Shown: piece after piece, positions 54,438 to 60,943 of the stretch | Numbering within the stretch: the stretch's first letter is position 1 | How the letters are laid out: each line of letters begins with the position of its first letter | NCBI GenBank assembly: GCA_964639185.1 | Contig: CAZXCN010000005.1 | Span: 1-60,943 of the forward strand | Reading direction: 5' to 3' | Source of the DNA: an uncultured Candidatus Saccharibacteria bacterium | GTDB lineage: Bacteria; Patescibacteriota; Minisyncoccia; Phycocordibacterales; UBA9973 | DNA length: 60,943 bases | Program-made: the position numbers and the translations under genes | Notes under the pieces: model-generated | What the model saw: only the letters and a program-made list of their open reading frames with translations | Told to the model about the DNA's origin: nothing | Database searches by the model: none

Positions 54438-55919
54438 TTAATCTACAGTTACATAATCTGAATAATAAAGGGTGTCGTTACCGCAAGAGATTATCCATGT
54501 TGAATCCCTCGAATGTTTTTCTAGTGTTGAATTTATGAGAAGCGAGAATGCATCCGCAAGGTCATCATGTTTTTCAACTCCAAAACCAACAAGCTCTCGT
54601 ATCAGATCTTCACATCCATGTCTTGGAAACTTAATGATTCCAGACTTGATAGACGTTGAAGTTAAAGACAAGCGAGTTCTTTTATCTCCTTTAGGCTTTA
54701 CTGATTCCGCTTTTACGCCATTTAATTCAAGCATCTGTGGTAGTGCTTCTTGATACGATACGCTTTCGACAAACAATGTATCTGTGTATCTCGGCATTTG
54801 TGTTTCTTTAAAGTTTTTCATTAAATCAACTTGTGCAGGAAAATTAAGTTTTTGAGCAATTGGATTTGGAAGAATATATATTCTCATTTTTTCTCTACGA
54901 CCATAAATATGAGCAGAGACAATCGTTGTAAAATCTGCTGAATCTTTTGTTGAAATAGCAAGATCAACACCAGCATATGTACCACGATATGCTTTATGAC
55001 TTTTCCCTGGTAACTCATCGTAGAATTGAATCCATTCAGAATAAATCACTTGATCATCACTTGGGATGATACGGAGTAAGTACTCTCGTTGCCATGATAT
55101 CTCACTTGCAACATTTAATTTCTCATCTTCAATGTCTTTCATAGTCGGGTACTTTCCAAGCCATAAACATACATCATCTTGGTCAAGCAATGGGTACCGA
55201 CTGAAAGTTCCTTTTGACCTATTGTTTTCAATATCGTCCTTGATTCGCATGATAAGAGAGTCTTCGTGCAAAAGGTTCCCAACGATGATTAGGCGTGTCC
55301 TACGGTCTCCCGCAGGTGCAACCTCTCCATATAGCCATTGGTACGTCTTATCTCGTCCCTCGCGTGTTTTGGTGGACTGTACGTCCTCTACGTCGTCGCA
55401 GATAATAAGGTCTGGTCTATGCTCATTATGTCTCGCTCCACGGATACTTTGTTCAGTTGAAGCAACGGTGATACGAGCACCATGCTTTTTAAAGACTAAA
55501 GAAAATGAACCCCACTCATCGCTCTCTTCTTGAAATGGTCCAAGATCTTTTTTAAGAAGATCATTATCTTCAAGCTCACTTTTAATGTTCATCATATGTT
55601 GTTTGGCTTGTATTCTTGTCTGACAAAAAATCATACAAAATTTCTTTTGCTGTTTTCCAAGAATCGCCCAGATTGGATACGCAGTCGTCACCATAGTAGA
55701 CTTACCTGATCCACGAAAGGCAACTATGTATAAATTTTCAACAGCACTTTTTTCGAGATTATGAATAATCTCTTTTTGAAAGTCTGCAGTTTCGTATTTT
55801 ACATAATGGGCATAGTAAAAGTGAAAGAAGTACAAAAAGCTATCTTTGGTGATAGAAGTTCGTACTAACTTATCTTTCATCATTCGATTTACCAAACTAT
55901 TTTCAATTATTTTGTTCAT
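54438..55919 (-). CDS. phage terminase large subunit
   Basis: Walker A AFRGSGKST, Walker B LIICDDVED, C-terminal nuclease-like half, 493 aa. Confidence 0.8.
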   Translation of the reverse strand: MNKIIENSLVNRMMKDKLVRTSITKDSFLYFFHFYYAHYVKYETADFQKEIIHNLEKSAVENLYIVAFRGSGKSTMVTTAYPIWAILGKQQKKFCMIFCQTRIQAKQHMMNIKSELEDNDLLKKDLGPFQEESDEWGSFSLVFKKHGARITVASTEQSIRGARHNEHRPDLIICDDVEDVQSTKTREGRDKTYQWLYGEVAPAGDRRTRLIIVGNLLHEDSLIMRIKDDIENNRSKGTFSRYPLLDQDDVCLWLGKYPTMKDIEDEKLNVASEISWQREYLLRIIPSDDQVIYSEWIQFYDELPGKSHKAYRGTYAGVDLAISTKDSADFTTIVSAHIYGRREKMRIYILPNPIAQKLNFPAQVDLMKNFKETQMPRYTDTLFVESVSYQEALPQMLELNGVKAESVKPKGDKRTRLSLTSTSIKSGIIKFPRHGCEDLIRELVGFGVEKHDDLADAFSLLINSTLEKHSRDSTWIISCGNDTLYYSDYVTVD

Positions 55920-55924
55920 ATATT

Positions 55925-56338
55925 TTATTTTTTGTTAATTCTTTTAATAGATTTCGATTTTGTAATCGAAGCAAGCTTAAGAGCGTTACGGACAATTTTT
56001 GCTTGTGACGGAGTGAGTGCTTCACTTTCTTCTTTTGTTGTGATTTCAAGTTTGTTCTTGTAGTTGTCGTTTCGGTGACGGAGCCAGAAACTAATGGCAG
56101 GATAATTCTTTTCTTTTATGAGTGTTAGCAACTGGCTTTCACTCATGTCGTTCACCAACGCTACACCGTCTTTGAGTGCCTGATCCATTTTCTTACAGAA
56201 TGATTGATCATCTTTTCGCCAGCGATAGACACTATTACGAGAGACACCTGTTTTTTCACAAGCGACTTGAATAATTGGTACCTTGGTCAGTTCTTCAAAA
56301 AACTGATCTTGTAATTTATTCTTTTTCATAATGTTCAA
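55925..56338 (-). CDS. HTH protein, putative terminase small subunit
   Basis: HTH VACEKTGVSRNSVYRWRK. Position immediately upstream of the large terminase. Confidence 0.5.
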   Translation of the reverse strand: MNIMKKNKLQDQFFEELTKVPIIQVACEKTGVSRNSVYRWRKDDQSFCKKMDQALKDGVALVNDMSESQLLTLIKEKNYPAISFWLRHRNDNYKNKLEITTKEESEALTPSQAKIVRNALKLASITKSKSIKRINKK

Positions 56339-57599
56339 TAGTTGCTTTATTATCAGTCATGGCTTCGTACCGCTTGATAATCAAATCGCAAAAGCGAGGC
56401 TCGAGTTCACAGCCATAAACTTTTCGACCAAGTTGTTCTCCTGCAAGGAGAGTACTACCTGACCCGAGGAAACTATCCAGAATAATTTCACCTGGTTTAG
56501 TGCATCGTTTGATAGCTTTCTCATGAAGCGTGATCGGCTTTGAAGTGGCATGTTGGTAATCTTTTGCAGATAGACGCTTTGCAGTCCAAATTTCTAAAAA
56601 GTCATCGACTTGCTCAATAAGATCATTACCTGTACCAAATTCTTTGTTCATCACTTCATTGAGATCCATCATTGATTCTGATAAATATGGTCTGCCACGA
56701 ATTCCATACACAGCTGGTTCGTATGCTTTATTGCAATAAATTTTAGGTACAGGATTTTGAGAATTCTTCAACCACAAACACACTCGTTTATTACTAATAC
56801 CAAATGAGCGATATACATCTTGAATCAAACCAATATAAATTTGGTCACAATAATAGAAGACATGAGTACTAGGATTCGATACAGCAAGTGCACAGCCGAG
56901 ACTATCACGAATGAAAGTTTTGTATTCTTCAAAAGTACGAGAGTCTTTGACGCTTCCTCCATAATTTTGATTTCCGCCTATGCCACCGCCATAATCAATT
57001 TCAAGATTGTAGACAGGATCACTGTAAATCATGGAGGCGCGCTCGTTGCCAAGTAATCTTGTGAGAGTTTCTTGTTTAGTTGAGTCGCCACAAATAACTC
57101 TGTGCTTGCCGAGTCTGATAATGTCACCGAGTTTAGTTACTGGATCAACAATCTTTGCTAATTCTTTTTCTACATCAAATGAATCTTCTTTAATTTCTTT
57201 ATCTTTATCCCAGAATTTTGCAAGCTCCATACTATCGAACCCTGCGAAGGAGAGGGTCTCCATATCAAATGACTCAAGCAAGTCATAATCCCAATCACCG
57301 CCGAGCTTGTTTGAGCCAATCAAGTATTCTTTCGATTCTTTTTCTGTGAGGTTACGATTAGGTACACGAATATCAATAAGTTCATTTCCTCGACCAAGTA
57401 ATTGGAGGGCACGAATGCGTTGATGTCCCGCAAGAATAGCCCCATTATAATCCACGGCTGGGATTTCAACGAGGTTAAACTTTTTGAGACTTCTAGTAAG
57501 GTCTGACATCTGTTTGTCAGATATTTTACGAGGGTTGATCTCTTGGGGAATTAGATCATCTACTCGCTTTTGGACAGTCGTCCATGATAGCTTTTTCAT
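56316..57599 (-). CDS. ParB-like nuclease domain fused to an N6A/N4C DNA methyltransferase
   Basis: ParB motif ILAGHQRIRAL, MTase motif IV SDPVYN, motif I DSFLGSGSTLLAGEQLGRK. Confidence 0.8.
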   Translation of the reverse strand: MKKLSWTTVQKRVDDLIPQEINPRKISDKQMSDLTRSLKKFNLVEIPAVDYNGAILAGHQRIRALQLLGRGNELIDIRVPNRNLTEKESKEYLIGSNKLGGDWDYDLLESFDMETLSFAGFDSMELAKFWDKDKEIKEDSFDVEKELAKIVDPVTKLGDIIRLGKHRVICGDSTKQETLTRLLGNERASMIYSDPVYNLEIDYGGGIGGNQNYGGSVKDSRTFEEYKTFIRDSLGCALAVSNPSTHVFYYCDQIYIGLIQDVYRSFGISNKRVCLWLKNSQNPVPKIYCNKAYEPAVYGIRGRPYLSESMMDLNEVMNKEFGTGNDLIEQVDDFLEIWTAKRLSAKDYQHATSKPITLHEKAIKRCTKPGEIILDSFLGSGSTLLAGEQLGRKVYGCELEPRFCDLIIKRYEAMTDNKATIEHYEKE

Positions 57600-57777
57600 A
57601 AATATTTTATTAATAAACTTAATAAAATGTATGAAGATAGAAATATAAAAAGCCTATCCCACACACGAAACAAAAGAAGTTCGAAGCTTCAATTATTTCT
57701 AGCGCGGAATAGGCATGGTTTTTTAGGCGATACACTATTCTACTTTTTACTACGCAGAAACTAACACAATTATTTTA

Positions 57778-58182
57778 TTACTTATCTATTTCTTTTGCAA
57801 TACCTCGAGTAAATCTTTTACCATTCTTACTTTTAATAAATTCGACCGTGTCTTTTCCTGCAAAAACAGGAATGCCTTCTTTGGGTAGTTCAATAAGGAT
57901 TTTATATCCTTTTGCTTCTTCAGCTTGAACCATTTTTACAAAGTCAGGATCCGCCTTTAAAAGATTAAGGGTGAACTCTCGATGGTCAGAGGTAGAAAAC
58001 TTTTCAATAGTTGAATATATTCTGTCAGGTTTATTTTTCTCAAATGCTTTTTGTATTTTCTTACCGACTGAGAGAGTGGGGATCCTATTTGCAGTGTGAA
58101 GAGCGATATCCGTTATCTGGATAATTTTATACTTTACACCATCTTTTTCTACAAAAGGTTTTAATTCGACTTTGTAATCCAT
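57778..58182 (-). CDS. hypothetical protein
   Basis: ORF only. Confidence 0.4.
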   Translation of the reverse strand: MDYKVELKPFVEKDGVKYKIIQITDIALHTANRIPTLSVGKKIQKAFEKNKPDRIYSTIEKFSTSDHREFTLNLLKADPDFVKMVQAEEAKGYKILIELPKEGIPVFAGKDTVEFIKSKNGKRFTRGIAKEIDK

Positions 58183-58240
58183 TTAGAAAGTATACCAGGT
58201 ACTTGCTTTTTTGTATAGGATAATTTATACTATTTATACC

Positions 58241-58858
58241 ATGACCAATAACCTTAGTGACAAAGACAAAAAAGCTTTTGCCCTTATCCGCAACAAGATT
58301 ATCCATTATGGTAAAAGCCCTACCCTCCGTGAAATTAACGAAGTCACAGGAGGTAAATCTCCACGATCCGCAAGCTTAGTGATCGACCGACTTGTAGAAT
58401 CTGGTCTTATAAAAAAGAGCGGGAGAAATCTCATACTTGCAAACACATACAGTGAAAGTTCTGTAAGTACGATAGATATACCTCTCGTCGGTTCCGTTGC
58501 ATGCGGAACGCCGATCTTCGCAGAAGAAAATATACAAACCTACATTCCCATATCAACGCGAATGGCACAAAAGGGTTCAAAATATTTCCTCCTTCGAGCG
58601 TCAGGTGATTCCATGGACGAAGCAGGAATCAACAGCGGTGATCTGCTTCTTATAAGACAACAGGATTCAGCAGAAAAAGGAGACAAAGTTGTTGCACTCA
58701 TCAATGATGAAGCGACAGTAAAGGTTTTTGAAAAGACTCGTGATGCTGTCATCCTCCGACCAAAGTCGAAGAACCAAAATCACAAGCCTATTATATTAAC
58801 AGATAATTGCATGATCCAAGGAGTAGTTGTTGCGGTGCTTCCAGCGGATCTATACTAA
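58241..58858 (+). CDS. lexA: LexA-like repressor (wHTH + S24 self-cleaving peptidase)
   Basis: GKSPTLREINEVTG...LVESGLIKK wHTH, VACG cleavage-site-like motif, SGDSM (Ser), ATVKVF (Lys). ATG at 58241 preferred. Confidence 0.8.
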   Translation: MTNNLSDKDKKAFALIRNKIIHYGKSPTLREINEVTGGKSPRSASLVIDRLVESGLIKKSGRNLILANTYSESSVSTIDIPLVGSVACGTPIFAEENIQTYIPISTRMAQKGSKYFLLRASGDSMDEAGINSGDLLLIRQQDSAEKGDKVVALINDEATVKVFEKTRDAVILRPKSKNQNHKPIILTDNCMIQGVVVAVLPADLY

Positions 58859-58864
58859 AAACAT

Positions 58865-59236
58865 ATGAAAAGAATATTTATTGCATTCGCTATTGAAGAT
58901 AAGACATTTCGTGACTTTCTTGTAGGTCAAGCAAAAAATGATAAGTCTCCGTTTGAGTTTGTCGATATGTCAGTTAAAACACCATGGGAAACTGACTGGG
59001 AATCTAAGTGTCGTACAAAAATTAAAGGATGTGACGGTATGATTGCACTTATAAGTAAAAATACACCCTCAGCAACTGGAGAGCTTTTTGAAATCAAAAC
59101 AGCGGGTGAAGAAAAAGTGCCTGTCATGCTTATGTACACAGGAACAGATCGTCCCACTCTTCCATCCTCATTGAGCGGTCGTCTTGTTAATGTTTGGAGT
59201 TGGTTGAATATTAAATCATTCATCAGCAAACTTTAA
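58865..59236 (+). CDS. stand-alone TIR-like protein (DUF1863 / ThsB-like)
   Basis: RIFIAFAIED N-terminal strand, CDGMIALISKNT, and LFEIKTA with a candidate catalytic Glu. 123 aa. Confidence 0.55.
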   Translation: MKRIFIAFAIEDKTFRDFLVGQAKNDKSPFEFVDMSVKTPWETDWESKCRTKIKGCDGMIALISKNTPSATGELFEIKTAGEEKVPVMLMYTGTDRPTLPSSLSGRLVNVWSWLNIKSFISKL

Positions 59237-59237
59237 A

Positions 59238-60179
59238 ATGAGAAAAGCATTAATTGTCGGCATAAATAATTACCCCACAGCACCTCTTAAGGGGTGTATA
59301 AATGACGCGTCAGCATTTGCGAATACAATAGAAAAGAATGGTGATGGCTCACCGAATTTTTCAGTGAGACTAGAAACAGACGTTGCCACAAAATCAGTAT
59401 TCAAAACAATGGTCAGAGAACTTTTTGAAGGAGATAGTGATATATCCTTATTATATTTTTCTGGTCACGGTTTCTTTAATGATTTAGGTGGATATATCGT
59501 TACTCCAGACCACCAACAAAATGACGAAGGAGTTTCTATGGACGAGATCCTAGTACTGGCTAACAAATCCAAAGCAAAGGATAAAATTATTATCTTGGAT
59601 TGTTGCCATTCTGGTGCTTTTGGATCTCCTGCTGTATCAGGAGGTCTTTCAGCACAAATCATTGAGGGCGTGGTAGTTTTGACAGCTAGCAGACCTGACG
59701 AGAGTGCCATTGAAGTTAATGGTCATGGAATTTTCACAAATCTATTGATAGATGCTTTACAGGGAGGAGCGGCTGATCTTAGAGGTCATATAACTCCAGG
59801 TAGTGTATATGCATACATTGACCAAGCATTGGGACCATGGGATCAAAGACCTGTGTTTAAAACAAATGTAACGAGGTTCACTTCTTTACGAACTATACAG
59901 CCCCAAGTGCCGATGGAGACACTCAGAAAACTAACAGAATATTTTCCAATGGCGGAACAAGAATATGCACTAGATCCTACTTACGAGTTTGATAACAAAG
60001 ATATTGCTATACCCGAGAAAGTTGCCATTTTGAAAGATCTACAAAAATTCGTAGGTATCGGCTTAGTAGTCCCAGTTGGTGAAGAACATATGTATTACGC
60101 CGCGCAGAATTCAAAATCTTGCAAGCTTACAGCTCTCGGATATCATTATTGGAGGCTTGTAAAAGACGGCAAATTGTAA
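59238..60179 (+). CDS. caspase-family (peptidase C14) protein with unassigned C-terminal domain
   Basis: ALIVGINNY, YFSGHG (His), IILDCCHSG (Cys), TASRPDESA. Confidence 0.8.
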   Translation: MRKALIVGINNYPTAPLKGCINDASAFANTIEKNGDGSPNFSVRLETDVATKSVFKTMVRELFEGDSDISLLYFSGHGFFNDLGGYIVTPDHQQNDEGVSMDEILVLANKSKAKDKIIILDCCHSGAFGSPAVSGGLSAQIIEGVVVLTASRPDESAIEVNGHGIFTNLLIDALQGGAADLRGHITPGSVYAYIDQALGPWDQRPVFKTNVTRFTSLRTIQPQVPMETLRKLTEYFPMAEQEYALDPTYEFDNKDIAIPEKVAILKDLQKFVGIGLVVPVGEEHMYYAAQNSKSCKLTALGYHYWRLVKDGKL

Positions 60180-60188
60180 TTATTATTT

Positions 60189-60854
60189 ATGGATTTTGAG
60201 CGAGCCATCAAAATTCTAAATGACACTCTTTCTGAAAAGAACCCCTCAAAAATTAGCTCCTCATGGATTCTTCAAAATGCCCCGCGTGTATACCGATACA
60301 TCAATAAAAATATCAGAACCGAAAATGATGATATCGACTGGGATAAGGTAACTTCTTCTCTCGACAGATCGTTCTGCAAGCGGTGGTTACGGTATCACCA
60401 AAAGTCCATCAAGATCTACGAGAAACAGTCCGAGGTAGATATCATTCTTTCAAAATACAAAGATCGTCTGTATACATTTATTGCCTACGCCAACGAAGAC
60501 GACAGAAAGATGCAAAGCCGAATGCTTATCAGTCTGGTGCGCTTAAGCCAGAAAGGAAACGTCTGTGCCGAGCAGGAGGTAGTAAAATGGATTACCTATA
60601 TAACCGACGACTGGATTGATCGCTATCCTCAAATGTACCGTTGGAGAGGATATGCAGACGAGGTAGACGGTCATATAAAGGGCTGTGTTAGGCGATACCG
60701 CTATACAGGATCATTTCTTGGATATCTGTTCAAAACGCTTGAATATTCAGTCCGTGGCAAGCCACCGTTGGTGTCCTTAAATGACAATATATTTGGAGAC
60801 AAGACACGGGAAGAATACGCTAAAGTGGAAGAAGACTGGCAGATCTACAAATAA
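60189..60854 (+). CDS. hypothetical protein, last gene of the LexA-TIR-caspase operon
   Basis: ORF only. Weak, unverified resemblance of aa ~125-190 to sigma-70 region 2. Confidence 0.4.
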   Translation: MDFERAIKILNDTLSEKNPSKISSSWILQNAPRVYRYINKNIRTENDDIDWDKVTSSLDRSFCKRWLRYHQKSIKIYEKQSEVDIILSKYKDRLYTFIAYANEDDRKMQSRMLISLVRLSQKGNVCAEQEVVKWITYITDDWIDRYPQMYRWRGYADEVDGHIKGCVRRYRYTGSFLGYLFKTLEYSVRGKPPLVSLNDNIFGDKTREEYAKVEEDWQIYK

Positions 60855-60943
60855 TTACAGATGGCTGTAACTTTATATACCCTATACCGTGTAACTTTTG
60901 TCACTTTTTGATGTGCTCGAGACGCGTCGTTATGGTATTATAA

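Larger units (their letters stand above)
52025..60943. mobile_element. prophage remnant or integrative element (boundaries not determined; runs to the window edge)
   Basis: Contains a serine recombinase, terminase large and small subunits, a ParB-methylase and a self-cleaving repressor. No portal, capsid or tail genes in the window. Confidence 0.5.

Noticed and set aside
58183-58240. Search for a canonical SOS box (CGAAC-N4-GTTCG or similar) upstream of the LexA-like gene. Only GTATA-N8-TATAC plus a second TATAC, and AGTA-N7-TACT, were seen.
   Set aside because: These are short AT-rich partial palindromes that are expected by chance here. No operator is claimed.
1-60943. CRISPR arrays, rRNA genes, reverse transcriptase/DGR or retron components, and transposase/IS elements.
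   Set aside because: No regularly spaced direct repeats, no rRNA-like sequence, and no RT or transposase motifs were seen in any ORF translation. The only recombinase is the serine recombinase at 52025-53353.

Overview
AT-rich, gene-dense bacterial window that looks like Candidate Phyla Radiation (Patescibacteria). This is an inference from gene content: S5 is followed directly by L15 with no L30 gene, proteins are compact, and several genes sit right behind a -10 box with no leader. Positions 1-42.4 kb are mostly core genes. They include the end of the ribosomal-protein superoperon (rpsE-rplO-secY-adk ... map), infC-rpmI-rplT, truB, smpB-ssrA, ftsH and recG. They also include a near-complete de novo purine operon (purL with a fused N-terminal extension, then purQ-F-N-D-K-E-M-C-B) and a metal-homeostasis island (ZIP transporter, Fur/Zur-type regulator, YibE/F protein, ECF sigma/anti-sigma). 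From about 42.4 kb the window turns accessory. Two diverged paralogous SF2 helicases with C-terminal ~55-aa tandem repeats flank a divergently transcribed RpoD-family sigma factor, and each helicase gene is followed by a near-identical 70-nt double-hairpin element. After these come a gene remnant, a SET-domain protein, a divergent tRNA-Ser pair (one with an ACU anticodon) and an ABC-2 transporter. The window ends in a prophage-remnant-like block (large serine recombinase, terminase large and small subunits, ParB-methyltransferase). My top candidate for a novel system is the tightly packed four-gene operon at 58.2-60.9 kb: LexA-like self-cleaving repressor, minimal ThsB-like TIR protein, caspase-like (C14) protease, and an unknown protein. 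Second is the helicase-sigma-helicase cassette with its conserved 3' RNA-like element. All calls come from reading the sequence and the ORF translations. No database search was run.
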